A stretch of DNA of 64,000 bases from an uncultured archaeon (GCA_902385625.1 CABMGE010000007.1:1565-65564); one strand, 5' to 3'. Shown: positions 9,159-18,949, counted from the first letter of the stretch. The notes: generated from the sequence alone by a model not told the origin. Made by a program: numbers and translations.

Positions 9159-10121
9159 TTAATTAAATAGCTCGCTTAAACTTTCTCCTTCACTAGTCCT
9201 ATAAATTGCTTCTGCAAATAATGGGATAAATGAAATTATCTCAACATTTTTTCCAGGAGTTTCAGGAAGCTTTAAAGTGTCTCCTACAAAAAATAAGTCA
9301 AAACAATCAGTTACTTTTTTTACTCCTTCTGTAAATAATCCATGAGTGCAATAGCCATAAGTTTTTAGTGCTCCTGCATTTTTTGCATATTCACATGCTT
9401 TAATAAGTGTTCCACCAGTGTCTACCATATCGTCAACAATAAAAACATTTTTATCTTTTATATCTCCGAGTATTTTAAAACTTTCAACTTCATTTGCTCT
9501 TTCCCTTGATTTGTAGCCTACAGCAACTTCTGTTATTCCTAGTTTTTTTGCAAAAGCTTTTGCTCTTGGTGCTCCTCCTGCATCTGTAGACATTATAACT
9601 AGATTTTCAAGGATCTTTGGATGATTTTCCTTGAGATGTTTTATAACAACAGGATAAGAGGAAAGATTATCTACTGGAACTGTATAAAATCCATCTATTG
9701 AGGAATTATGAAAATCAATTGTCAAGACTCTGTCTGCATAAAGACTTATAACATCTGCTACAACACTTGCAGAAATAGGAACTCTGGATTCATCTTTTCT
9801 ATCTTGTCTTGAGAACTTAAGATATGGAAACACATTGATTATTTCCTGTGCTGAAGATTTTTTAAGGCCCTGATTAATTAAACATAACTCTAAAAACCAG
9901 TCTGCAGGTCTTGAATTTGGATTGTGTATGAAGTAGCAATTTCTTTTTCTTACATTTAATTCAATTTTTGGTTTTATTTCACCATCTTTGAATCTTTTTA
10001 TATCGATCTTATTTAATTCAAACCCATTATTTCCTTTTTTAAGTTCCTGAGAGATTCCTTTTGCAAATTCCCAACCATAACCTTGTGGGTCTGCAAGGAG
10101 AGCGCATTTATGTACTGGCAT
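9159..10121 (-). CDS. prs: ribose-phosphate pyrophosphokinase (PRPP synthetase)
   Basis: Motifs KRFKDGEI, PYLKFSRQDRK, PISASVVADV, RVLTIDFH and the PRPP-binding loop VFIVDDMVDTGGTL are present. Confidence 0.85.
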   Translation of the reverse strand: MPVHKCALLADPQGYGWEFAKGISQELKKGNNGFELNKIDIKRFKDGEIKPKIELNVRKRNCYFIHNPNSRPADWFLELCLINQGLKKSSAQEIINVFPYLKFSRQDRKDESRVPISASVVADVISLYADRVLTIDFHNSSIDGFYTVPVDNLSSYPVVIKHLKENHPKILENLVIMSTDAGGAPRAKAFAKKLGITEVAVGYKSRERANEVESFKILGDIKDKNVFIVDDMVDTGGTLIKACEYAKNAGALKTYGYCTHGLFTEGVKKVTDCFDLFFVGDTLKLPETPGKNVEIISFIPLFAEAIYRTSEGESLSELFN

Positions 10122-10343
10122 TTTTCACCTTTTTTATGATTTTTATAAAATCAGAGAAATTTTGTGGTTTAAATGGATTACTGTTGTGAAGTATATCTTA
10201 GCTGCTTTATTTGCAGGATTATTCTTTGAAATCAAGGGTGTATTTTTAAAGGTTTGCCTTATACTTAGATAATCTTTAAAAACATGAAAGAATTAGTACT
10301 CTTGTGGTGATGGTTCGCCAGAAGCCTTATTTCTGAGAATATT

Positions 10344-10979
10344 ATGGAAACACTTGAAACTCAGCTTGAAGAAAAATTCGATGAATTTGCACTGATTAAA
10401 AAGCAGAGAGATTCACTTAACCTTTATTTAGGACTTGTTAGAAATCGCGATGAAGAAACTTGGGAACACTCTGTAAGAGTTGGACTTAAGGGAACTGAAG
10501 TTGCAGGGTATACTCATATTATTGAACCAAAGGCTTTGTTTTACTCAGGACTTTTACATGATGTTGGAAAATCATTAGTTGATCCAAAATCCTTGAAAAA
10601 AAAGAAAGATTTTGGCCCAAAAGACATGGAAGAACTAAGAAAACATGTAATGCTGGGATATAAATTACTTAGAGGAATACATGATTTTTCAGCAAGAGTG
10701 CTGTTATTTCATCATTATTTTCAGGAAAATGGATATCCAAGAGCAATTCCTTCAAAAGAAATTGATATTTCAAAAGGAACAAATGTTTTGATATTATATT
10801 GTGGAAGGTTACTTAGCATAGTTGATTTTTACGATGCTGCAAGCAACAGAAAGAACGAGAAGTTTGTTCCTGGTGCAACTGAAATTCCTGATCATGAGAA
10901 AGTCAAGGAGTCTATTTTGAAATTTAATTCAGATCAAAAGTATCTAATTGAACAGTTGTATGAAAAGGGAATTTTTTAA
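10344..10979 (+). CDS. HD-domain phosphohydrolase
   Basis: H...HD motif (LLHDVGK) with downstream His/Asp residues. Confidence 0.7.
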   Translation: METLETQLEEKFDEFALIKKQRDSLNLYLGLVRNRDEETWEHSVRVGLKGTEVAGYTHIIEPKALFYSGLLHDVGKSLVDPKSLKKKKDFGPKDMEELRKHVMLGYKLLRGIHDFSARVLLFHHYFQENGYPRAIPSKEIDISKGTNVLILYCGRLLSIVDFYDAASNRKNEKFVPGATEIPDHEKVKESILKFNSDQKYLIEQLYEKGIF

Positions 10980-11041
10980 AATATCGCTCCCGCGAGGCAA
11001 ATTTGCTATTTTTAGCAAAGTAAATTTGATTAAATGGTTAG

Positions 11042-11956
11042 TTACATTCTCTCCAAAATCTCTATACGCTTTTCAATTGGAGGATGAGTTGAAAATAATC
11101 CTTGTATTTTTCTTTTGAATGGATCTGAAATAAACAATGGAGCAACTGCCTTGTTTATTTTTTGTTTTTCCTGATCTGGAACATGTTCTTTTTCTATTTT
11201 TTTAAGTGCGCCTATAAGTCCTGTTGGAGACCTGATGAATTTAACAGCAGAGGCATCTGCCATATATTCTCTTTTTCTTGAAACAGCAAGTTGAACCAAT
11301 TGAACTACAATTGGAGCAAGAATTGCAAGAATAATTCCAATTACCATGAAAATTGCATTTCCTTTGCTATCATCGTCCCTGTTTCCTGAACTAAACCAAA
11401 GGCTTCTTAAAAATATTTCAGAAACTATTGCTATCATTCCAACAAGTACTGCAACAAGAGTCATAAATCTAATATCATAATTTGCAACATGAGAAAGTTC
11501 ATGGCCTAAAACTCCTTCAAGTTCTTGTTTATCTAATCTTTCAAGAGCACCAGATGTCACACAAATAACTGCATTCTTAGGATCTCTTCCTGATGCAAAT
11601 GCATTTATTTCAGAACTATCCATAACATAGAGTTTTGGCATTGGCATTCCTGAGGCAAGAGTTAATCCTTCGACAGAGTCGTAAAATCCTTTGTGAAGTC
11701 TTCTATCTGCAGGTTTTGCATTAACAGATGCAAGAGCAATATCTGCTGAATAATAGTATCCAACCCATACATAAATTATTGAGATAATTATTGCAGCAAT
11801 CATTATTAGAGTAAAGTAATCAGGACCAAGTGCTAAACCAATTACTGCGCCAAGTACAATAAAAACCATGAAAACAATTAGGATTAAGAAAAAAGATTTC
11901 CATTTATTAGTGGATATTTGATTATAAAATGATATTCTTGGTTCTTGTTTTTTCAT
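11042..11956 (-). CDS. htpX: M48 zinc metalloprotease HtpX
   Basis: HELSHV (HExxH) motif, N-terminal TM helices, length and layout of HtpX. Confidence 0.85.
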   Translation of the reverse strand: MKKQEPRISFYNQISTNKWKSFFLILIVFMVFIVLGAVIGLALGPDYFTLIMIAAIIISIIYVWVGYYYSADIALASVNAKPADRRLHKGFYDSVEGLTLASGMPMPKLYVMDSSEINAFASGRDPKNAVICVTSGALERLDKQELEGVLGHELSHVANYDIRFMTLVAVLVGMIAIVSEIFLRSLWFSSGNRDDDSKGNAIFMVIGIILAILAPIVVQLVQLAVSRKREYMADASAVKFIRSPTGLIGALKKIEKEHVPDQEKQKINKAVAPLFISDPFKRKIQGLFSTHPPIEKRIEILERM

Positions 11957-12025
11957 TTTCTTTATAGATAGTTATAGTATTAATATAATAGAAATTATAT
12001 GATATTTAAGTATTACGAATCAACC

Positions 12026-12382
12026 CTAATTAATCTCTTCAACTTTTGAATGATCGTAAGGAAGTGAATAATAAGGAAATCCCAGATCTGCGATTTTCAT
12101 TGATAGATCAAGTGCAAGATCAGAGAGTTCTTTTGCAGAATTTGCTTCAAGACTTAGGTGATAGGGTTTTTTATGAATGGAAAAAAATCCATTTTTATCC
12201 TTAAAACTAACTGAAGATAGTTCAGGTTTAGTGTGATAAACTGCAAGAACCATTGGAAGATCACTGACTAACTCTGTTATTTTCTCCAGTTCAGGAAAAT
12301 AATGACAACACAAACCCTTTTTTCCTGTTGGTGCACAATCTGTTCCTGCGCACCTTGGATAATAAGATATACTCACCGCCAT
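12026..12382 (-). CDS. hypothetical protein with an N-terminal Cys cluster (CAGTDCAPTGKKGLCC)
   Basis: 118-aa ORF with four Cys in its first 30 residues. Confidence 0.4.
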   Translation of the reverse strand: MAVSISYYPRCAGTDCAPTGKKGLCCHYFPELEKITELVSDLPMVLAVYHTKPELSSVSFKDKNGFFSIHKKPYHLSLEANSAKELSDLALDLSMKIADLGFPYYSLPYDHSKVEEIN

Positions 12383-12436
12383 TTTATTAAGATAAAAAAA
12401 TTTAGTTTATAAGAATTTGTATATCTGATTATTGTA

Positions 12437-12619
12437 TTATCTCGGCTTTATTAAAATATAAACACCTAGAATAAGGCAGATAAGGGCTACAATTGAAGAT
12501 TTATCCGGGATTGGAATAGGAAGCCAGCTAATCAATGCAGATGCTATAAGAATTGTTGCAATTATTTTATTCTCTGAGAATTTTCTTGGTTTCTCGTGTA
12601 TTAGTTCTATTTTTGGCAC
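12437..12619 (-). CDS. small two-helix membrane protein
   Basis: 60-aa hydrophobic ORF. Confidence 0.35.
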   Translation of the reverse strand: MPKIELIHEKPRKFSENKIIATILIASALISWLPIPIPDKSSIVALICLILGVYILIKPR

Positions 12620-12894
12620 TTTGAATTTCCTCCTTTTTTAGATAAATTTTTCAAAAACTTTTATGGTTTTTTGAAAATACCTCTGTCTCTTATATTAAAT
12701 ATAACAATTTGTTCTTTAAAAATATATTGATTAGTATTTGTAATTCAAGTTCTCTATCATTCTTACCAATTAGATTCATTATAGTCTTATTTTTATTTAC
12801 TCACCCCTAATTATTGAGGGAGAGATAAGGAAAAATAAGCGGTATTTTACAAGTAAAAAAATTGTAGGATTAATCTCAGAACAGTTTTGAATAA

Positions 12895-13188
12895 CTATAT
12901 GAACATAAGTGTAATTGTTAATGCAAAAAGCATTATAATAACTACTAAGTTTATTCGGCTCATACTTATGTAAAAAGAATATTTTTTGTCGTTTGGATGA
13001 GAATTATGGAAGATTTGCTTGTAATAAGGAATATCGTCGTAAGTAAATAGGCTATTTTTTATTACTTTGCCGATTTTAGGATACTTTTTTTTAGTATAGT
13101 TATAGAATTTGTATGTAAAAAATAATTCTTCAATGGATACTATTATAACTATAACAAATAGTAACTGAAATAGATTAATATTTTCCAT
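12895..13188 (-). CDS. small membrane protein
   Basis: 97 aa with N- and C-terminal TM helices. A TATA-like element repeated at 13217-13250 lies ~40 bp upstream. Confidence 0.35.
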   Translation of the reverse strand: MENINLFQLLFVIVIIVSIEELFFTYKFYNYTKKKYPKIGKVIKNSLFTYDDIPYYKQIFHNSHPNDKKYSFYISMSRINLVVIIMLFALTITLMFI

Positions 13189-13252
13189 TTTACCTCTTTT
13201 TATAGACTTGATAAGAATCTTCTGTTTAAAAATATATTGATTAAATCTCGAC

Positions 13253-14632
13253 CTAGTTTATCCTTGCAAATTTTTTTGTTTTTTCAATATGGTAGATGCA
13301 ATAATCATTATATCGGAAATCTGTTCCATTAGAATCCATTGAACTTTTACAACCGCCCCTGCAATATACTGCGTATTTGCATGACTTGCAATGTTTTACA
13401 AGTTTTTTAGGTTCTCGGTTATATGAAAAAGCTCCTTTTTTTAGCCATAATTCTTTTAATGGAGTTTTTCTAATGTTTCCTTCTACAAATTTATCATTTT
13501 GTATAGGGCATCCCTTTAAATTACCTTCTGCATCTACAGAACAACCTGAAAGTCCTGCTCCACAACCAGTCCAAAAACTATCTCTTAGATTTAGACTACC
13601 ATAATAACCCATACTGTCTCCTACACTAATATTTGTTATTTCTTTTAGCTCCTCTCTATATTTTGCAATCTTTTTACCAAATTCATAAAATTCTTCTTGT
13701 GAGATGGAGTCTGCTTTACTTAAACATCCTACTGGCAGAGCATAATATAGGTTCCAGGAATTTATCCTATTCTTTTTTATAAAATTTTTTACATTATCAA
13801 GATCGTTAAAATTCTTTTTTGTTATAGAAGTTGTTAGTCCAAAAGGTATCTTATATTTTTTGAAAAGATTAATAGTTTTTAATACTGATTTATAGACTCC
13901 TTTTTTATTTCTAAATTCATCATGAACTTTGCCTATTCCATCTAAACTTATATGGACATTAAATGTTTCTAACTTTTTTAATTTTTTAACTATATCCTCA
14001 TTTATTAGTGTGCCGTTAGTTGTTATTCCGATCTCAATTCCCTTTTTTCTTGCATAGGATAATATTTCAAACCAATCTTTTTTTAAAAAAGGCTCTCCTC
14101 CGGAGATATTTATTACAAAAACTTTTAACCTGGCGCAATCGTCAATAAATCTAAAACATTCCTCTTTTGTCATTTCATTTTTTAATTTAGCTCTTGAAGT
14201 GTTTCCGCAATGAGAACATCGAAGATTACAATTATTTGTGATCAACCAGGATATTTGATTAGGCCCTCTTAAGACAGGAGATATTGAATAATGTTCTTTA
14301 AATTTATAGTCTATAGAACCATTTAGCTTCACTAAACCGGTTTTAGACATAAATGATAGATAATTAAGGGCCATAGGAACAAGTAGGGCATAAGGGACCC
14401 GGGTTTCTTTAGACAATTCAAGAAGTATAGATTTTAATTGTTTTTTCCCATCAATCTTATTCAATAATTTAAAACCTATATTATTTATAAGAATTACTTT
14501 TAAGGTCTCGATATCAAAGATTGTATAACCGAAATCTTCAATCCTATATCTAAAATCGTTTTTTTGAGGTATTATATTCCTTAAATCCCCTAACATAGAA
14601 TTTCCAATAAATTCTGAAATCGCAAGAACCAT
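13253..14632 (-). CDS. radical SAM/SPASM-domain enzyme with a ~125-aa N-terminal extension (AlbA-like RiPP-maturase architecture)
   Basis: CNLRCSHC (CxxxCxxC) at about residue 128, a GGEPFL motif, and a C-terminal Cys-rich SPASM region (CGAG...C...CKSCKYAVYCRGGC). Confidence 0.8.
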   Translation of the reverse strand: MVLAISEFIGNSMLGDLRNIIPQKNDFRYRIEDFGYTIFDIETLKVILINNIGFKLLNKIDGKKQLKSILLELSKETRVPYALLVPMALNYLSFMSKTGLVKLNGSIDYKFKEHYSISPVLRGPNQISWLITNNCNLRCSHCGNTSRAKLKNEMTKEECFRFIDDCARLKVFVINISGGEPFLKKDWFEILSYARKKGIEIGITTNGTLINEDIVKKLKKLETFNVHISLDGIGKVHDEFRNKKGVYKSVLKTINLFKKYKIPFGLTTSITKKNFNDLDNVKNFIKKNRINSWNLYYALPVGCLSKADSISQEEFYEFGKKIAKYREELKEITNISVGDSMGYYGSLNLRDSFWTGCGAGLSGCSVDAEGNLKGCPIQNDKFVEGNIRKTPLKELWLKKGAFSYNREPKKLVKHCKSCKYAVYCRGGCKSSMDSNGTDFRYNDYCIYHIEKTKKFARIN

Positions 14633-14638
14633 TTTTAA

Positions 14639-14785
14639 TTATTGTATTTTAGGTCTGTAATGCGGAGTTCCGTATTTAACAGTAGCATGTAATGCCTGCC
14701 AAACCATTGCTCCAAAAATTGTTAAAAGGAATATAATTATTGCAATAGCAATACCCCAACACCTTTTTTTAACTTCTTTTTTCAT
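14639..14785 (-). CDS. unannotated 48-aa peptide (MKKEVKKRCWGIAIAIIIFLLTIFGAMVWQALHATVKYGTPHYRPKIQ); candidate substrate/precursor or small membrane protein
   Basis: ORF translated by hand on the minus strand. Its stop codon lies 6 nt upstream of the rSAM start codon, so the two genes are tightly coupled. It falls below the ORF-track length cutoff. Confidence 0.35.
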   Translation of the reverse strand: MKKEVKKRCWGIAIAIIIFLLTIFGAMVWQALHATVKYGTPHYRPKIQ

Positions 14786-14801
14786 AATAAGCTAGTAAGT
14801 T

Positions 14802-15437
14802 TTATTCTTCAAAATCAATGCTTGGCATTGCCTTGTTTGATTCAGGAATCTTAAGGAAGTCTTTCTTTTGTCTTCCATAAAGATTGAAAAAGAAAACTCC
14901 TGGGAATTTCTCAGAAGAGTTTTGAAGTTCAAGTACTGAATCATTGTAATATTGTCTTGCATAAGCTACTTTATCTTCTATTGCTGAAAGTTCAGTTTGT
15001 AACTGAAGGAAATTTTCATTTGCCTTAAGATTTGGATAGTTTTCTGCAACTGCGAATAATCTTCCAAGTGCACCTTGCAACTGGTCTCCTGCTTTTACTC
15101 TTTTTGCAACATCTCCACCTTTAAGAAGTGAAGCTCTTGCATTTGTAACTTCTGTGAATATCTTTTTTTCATGCTTTGCATAACCTGAAACAGTTTTAAC
15201 AAGAGCTGGAACAAGGTCTGCTCTTTTCTTTAGTTGAACATCAATTTGAGAAAGTGAATTATCAATTCTGTTTTCAAGAACAACAAATCGGTTATAATAG
15301 TAGATAAATATAAAGGCAATTATTACGACAAGTACTGCAAATATAATCCCTATAATTAAAGCTAGTCCTAGTACCATATTTTTTATAATTAATCTGGATT
15401 TATAAAGGTTTTGAATAAGATTAATGCCTCTTGGCAT
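14802..15437 (-). CDS. lemA: LemA family protein
   Basis: N-terminal TM helix followed by QLKKRADLVPALVKTVSGYAKHEKK and NYPNLKANENF...YARQYYND motifs. Confidence 0.8.
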   Translation of the reverse strand: MPRGINLIQNLYKSRLIIKNMVLGLALIIGIIFAVLVVIIAFIFIYYYNRFVVLENRIDNSLSQIDVQLKKRADLVPALVKTVSGYAKHEKKIFTEVTNARASLLKGGDVAKRVKAGDQLQGALGRLFAVAENYPNLKANENFLQLQTELSAIEDKVAYARQYYNDSVLELQNSSEKFPGVFFFNLYGRQKKDFLKIPESNKAMPSIDFEE

Positions 15438-15482
15438 TAGTTTATGATTATTTATTAATTTTTAATTTCTGAAAGAAAACTC

Positions 15483-16025
15483 TTATTTCTTTATCTCAAA
15501 AACCAACTTTGTTTTGCAAGGAAGTTTTGGTGTTGCTTTTTTGAAAAATGCTCTTACTTTTGGAATATTCTCAGGTCCATTGAAATAAGCTGAAAAAACA
15601 GGCTTTCCTTTTCTTACAACAGCTGTTCTTCCTTCAGGAGTCCCAAATGATTTACTCATTCCTGTCTGGATTCTTTCTCCTTTACTTCCTCCAGAGAAAA
15701 CTCTATTATTTCTAATAATATTATGCGGATAACAATGGCATCTTAAAAAATAAGTTTTTTGAAATATACCGGTCATATCTTTATGCAAAGATTGTCTTAC
15801 TGCTTCAAGAGACAAGTCTCTTATCTGAATATTTTCTTCTGTAGAAAGAATAACTCCTATTTTGTATTTTCCTTGTTCAAAACCCAATGGATCTCCCATA
15901 TTGAATTTAACAATCTTTTGAGGAGGAACTTGTTTTACATAAGAATACTGAGTTTTTTTAGATTTTCTAGTATTTGTTACAGGCTTTCTTTTTGAATATG
16001 CTTTTGCTCGTCTTACTATTGCCAT
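15483..16025 (-). CDS. rpl10e: 50S ribosomal protein uL16 (L10e)
   Basis: Archaeal L10e-like sequence along its length (KAYSKRKPV...FLRCHCYPHN...). Confidence 0.85.
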   Translation of the reverse strand: MAIVRRAKAYSKRKPVTNTRKSKKTQYSYVKQVPPQKIVKFNMGDPLGFEQGKYKIGVILSTEENIQIRDLSLEAVRQSLHKDMTGIFQKTYFLRCHCYPHNIIRNNRVFSGGSKGERIQTGMSKSFGTPEGRTAVVRKGKPVFSAYFNGPENIPKVRAFFKKATPKLPCKTKLVFEIKK

Positions 16026-16026
16026 T

Positions 16027-16284
16027 TTATTTTACCTCTACCTCGGTGTTTCTTGCTTGTCCTGGAAGGCCTTTTTCAAATATAGCTCTTACAAGACCTT
16101 TATTTCCATGAGAATCAGATATTTTTCCTTTGATTTTTTTTCCAGCAGGGCTTGTCCATGTAACTTCTTTTCCTGCAAACTTCTTTGCATCTTCTTTTGA
16201 TTTTGTACCTACGTCTAGTATGAAATGTTTTTCGTGGATTCTTTTAAGTCCTCTTCTAAACTGTATAACTTTTCCTTTTGTCAT
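16027..16284 (-). CDS. rpl35ae: 50S ribosomal protein eL33 (L35Ae)
   Basis: HGNKGLVRAIFEKGLPGQA matches the L35Ae signature. This family is restricted to archaea and eukaryotes. Confidence 0.8.
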   Translation of the reverse strand: MTKGKVIQFRRGLKRIHEKHFILDVGTKSKEDAKKFAGKEVTWTSPAGKKIKGKISDSHGNKGLVRAIFEKGLPGQARNTEVEVK

Positions 16285-16358
16285 TTTTATATATTAATAA
16301 CGATTAATTATAAAATCCTATAGAAAAAGTAGGTTTAAAAAGGTTTTGAATTCACGAT

Positions 16359-16616
16359 TTAAGCAGTTGTAAGCTCTGCATAAATCTGATTGTAATGAAA
16401 TAGGTCTTCTTTTGTTTTTTTAACCAATGCTCGTCTAAACTCAACCAGATCTGGATGTTTCTCAAAACTAAAATTTGGATTAAGAATATCTGTAAAGCTG
16501 CTTACCCCATTATATTCTTCTGCTAGTTTTTCAAGACTATCCTTCTCATTTATAGCGAAGTCTCTGCTTTTTTCAGTATCTCCGTTTTGATAAGATATCG
16601 GTAGTAGGTATTTCAT
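16359..16616 (-). CDS. hypothetical protein
   Basis: 85-aa ORF. Confidence 0.4.
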   Translation of the reverse strand: MKYLLPISYQNGDTEKSRDFAINEKDSLEKLAEEYNGVSSFTDILNPNFSFEKHPDLVEFRRALVKKTKEDLFHYNQIYAELTTA

Positions 16617-16656
16617 TTTATTAGAATAAAATAGCTATTTAAAAATGTTGCGAATG

Positions 16657-17130
16657 TTATTTCAACCGGTCAATTCTTGCATGAAGGCCAATTGTTGCCC
16701 TGTAATTTCTTAGAAATCTTCTTGCTGCTTCATAAACGCAGATATCTGCCATTTTTCTAGATCTTTTTGGATACTCTAGTCTATTTTTTTCAGGACTTAG
16801 TTCAATTGATTTTGAATAATACTTAGACGCTTTATAGAAATACTTGAATGCAGCTCTTGGCTGTGAAAGTGCAACTGAAGCAAGGGCTGCTTTTTCATAA
16901 AAAGTTGCAGATAAAAAATAGTTTGCAGAAGCAGTATTGTTGTTACCGTCGAAATAAATTTCTTTTCCTGATTCCACTGCTCTTTCCAGGCAATATTTTC
17001 CTGCTTCAAGTTCTGAAAATCTTTTAAGTTCAAACTGTTCTTTTGACATTTCTCCTCTCAGTCCAATTCTAAGACTTTTAAATGCAATTTTCTTTTTCTT
17101 TCTTTCTGGAGATTTGGTTTTATTTAGCAT
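16657..17130 (-). CDS. hypothetical protein
   Basis: 157-aa ORF. Confidence 0.4.
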   Translation of the reverse strand: MLNKTKSPERKKKKIAFKSLRIGLRGEMSKEQFELKRFSELEAGKYCLERAVESGKEIYFDGNNNTASANYFLSATFYEKAALASVALSQPRAAFKYFYKASKYYSKSIELSPEKNRLEYPKRSRKMADICVYEAARRFLRNYRATIGLHARIDRLK

Positions 17131-17233
17131 AAATTTTCACACCAAGTTAGGTATTTAAAATTAGTGTTTACTAAAAGTGTTTTAATTATTAATTAAAGTT
17201 AAATAGAGCAATTTCTTCTGTTAAAGTATTAAA

Positions 17234-17305
17234 GCTCCCATAGTTCAGTGGATAGAATGCGACCTTGCGGAGGTTGAGACCGGAGTTCGAATCTTCGTGG
17301 GGGCG
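17234..17305 (+). tRNA. tRNA-Arg (anticodon GCG)
   Basis: Hand-folded cloverleaf: acceptor gctccca/tgggggc, D-stem gttc/gaat, anticodon stem cgacc/ggttg with loop ttGCGga, T-arm cggag-ttcgaat-cttcg, discriminator G. Several G-U pairs; no encoded CCA. Confidence 0.7.
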
Positions 17306-17322
17306 TTTATCCTTAGGGTTAA
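17295..17322 (+). repeat. att-like repeat copy A (tRNA-Arg 3' end plus 17 nt downstream)
   Basis: tcgtgggggcgtttatccttagggttaa recurs at 18411-18439 and 19031-19060. Confidence 0.6.
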
Positions 17323-17332
17323 CAAACACCAC

Positions 17333-18241
17333 TTAAGCGATAATTTGTCTACGAGAACTATTCTTTTGTTTTTTTGAGTTATAAGATTGCAAAATTATAC
17401 CAAATATAATAATTACTAAACCAATGACTGAGGAGATCATAATTTTTTCACCAATTAAAAAATAAATGTAAACAAGAGAAACAAAAGGTGTTAAGAAAAT
17501 AATATTTGATATTTTAGCTGTATCTCCATATTTAAGGGCTAATTGCCAAAATAGGAATGCTAATCCACTAGGAAATATTCCAAGCCAAAGCAAACCTAAT
17601 GTCTCTGATATGTTTATTTTAGGTAAAGTAGAAAAAAAGATTACTGCAATTATAAAATATACAGATGTAAATAAGTAAAAAAGAGTCATTGAAGTTGTTC
17701 TTTCATAATCTTTTTTCTTTGTAATTACAGAAAATAATCCATAACAAATCGCACCTGCGAAAGCAAGAATAACTCCCATTGTATTATTGATTAAATTAAT
17801 ATTGAGGCTTCCCTGAGTTATTACAATGAATACTCCAATAAAACCTAAGGTTATGGCTAGAATTTTTTTAAAACTAAAAGTTTCATATTTAAACAAGATT
17901 GAAAATATCACAATGAACACTGGCCATGTATAGTTTACTATAAATGCTTCTTGAGCAGAAGAAAACATCAATGCGCCATAAAAGAAGACATAATATAGAA
18001 AAATTCCTATAAATCCCATTAATGCAAAATAAGCATAATCTTTAGTTTTATATTTTTTAATAAGATTTAGCTTTTTTTGAAAGATAGTTATTATTAAGAG
18101 AGTTAAGAAAGCAATTATTGATATGAACAAAGATACCTGAATATTATTTAAATTTTTTAACAAGAGTTTTCCCACTGAAGCACTTGAACCCCATAAAACT
18201 ACGGATAATATAACATACAGATATGCCTCTTTCTTTACCAT
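17333..18241 (-). CDS. EamA-like DMT-family transporter
   Basis: About 10 TM helices with duplicated EamA-like halves. Confidence 0.65.
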   Translation of the reverse strand: MVKKEAYLYVILSVVLWGSSASVGKLLLKNLNNIQVSLFISIIAFLTLLIITIFQKKLNLIKKYKTKDYAYFALMGFIGIFLYYVFFYGALMFSSAQEAFIVNYTWPVFIVIFSILFKYETFSFKKILAITLGFIGVFIVITQGSLNINLINNTMGVILAFAGAICYGLFSVITKKKDYERTTSMTLFYLFTSVYFIIAVIFFSTLPKINISETLGLLWLGIFPSGLAFLFWQLALKYGDTAKISNIIFLTPFVSLVYIYFLIGEKIMISSVIGLVIIIFGIILQSYNSKKQKNSSRRQIIA

Positions 18242-18410
18242 ATCAAACCTAATTTAAGTATTATTATAAAACTATTCCTTATTAATTTTCATATGTCGGT
18301 GCCCACCAAGGAGCGTTTTTTCTATTTTTCTTGTTCAAATTTTCAATATTTTTATCCTCGATAAAAATTATTTTAGTTCAAGACTCCTGGGGAGCACTAA
18401 GCGAGATTAC

Positions 18411-18439
18411 TCGTGGGGGGCGTGTGTCCTTAGGATTAA
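18411..18439 (+). repeat. att-like repeat copy B
   Basis: tcgtggggggcgtgtgtccttaggattaa. It sits inside a GC-rich patch that also carries the 11-bp inverted repeat actcgtggggc/gccccacgagt. Confidence 0.55.
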
Positions 18440-18535
18440 TTTAGCAACATAAACCGAATAACTACGAGCCCCACGAGTTCAGATATGTGGCGGGGAGTTG
18501 AACTGGAAAGTTATGTTCTGCGACAGGAAGTTGAA

Positions 18536-18949
18536 CTACTGATCATCTGGATCATAATCTGCCCATATTAAAGAAGAATCAACATCAGTACCAAAACCCA
18601 AATGTGAAGGTAAATATGCATAATCTACTTCGGCTGAAGATGTAACATCATTTCTATTCATTTTTGAAAACATAGAGTCTAATGCTTTTTCTCCGCCTTG
18701 AAAACTATGTAGTTCTCCCCTTTTCTTTATTAATAAAAATTGTTCATCTACAAGTTCATGAATACCTTTTCTTATATAGTGTTCTCTATCATTAGCTAAA
18801 GCTAGTGATGCTGCTGCGACTTGTTGAGATTCAGCTATGGTTTGAAAATTTGGTACAACATGAGCAATTGTTTTTGCTGGAAAACGATGTAGCATATAAT
18901 CTTTAATTGCCTCTTTAACTTGTTGTAAAGTATTTTTATTGTATTCCAT
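18536..18949 (-). CDS. hypothetical protein, locally GC-richer (cassette cargo?)
   Basis: 137-aa ORF whose composition is less AT-biased than its neighbours. Confidence 0.4.
   Translation of the reverse strand: MEYNKNTLQQVKEAIKDYMLHRFPAKTIAHVVPNFQTIAESQQVAAASLALANDREHYIRKGIHELVDEQFLLIKKRGELHSFQGGEKALDSMFSKMNRNDVTSSAEVDYAYLPSHLGFGTDVDSSLIWADYDPDDQ

Noticed and set aside
14639-14785. Calling the 48-aa ORF a definite RiPP precursor
   Set aside because: It has a single Cys and a strongly hydrophobic core typical of a membrane helix. It is reported only as a candidate.
18380-18500. A second tRNA, or a tRNA half, in the GC-rich patch containing tcgtggggggcg and the 11-bp inverted repeat
   Set aside because: No D-arm, anticodon arm or T-arm could be folded. 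Only the 3'-acceptor-like segment matches tRNA-Arg, so I interpret it as a duplicated att core, not a gene.
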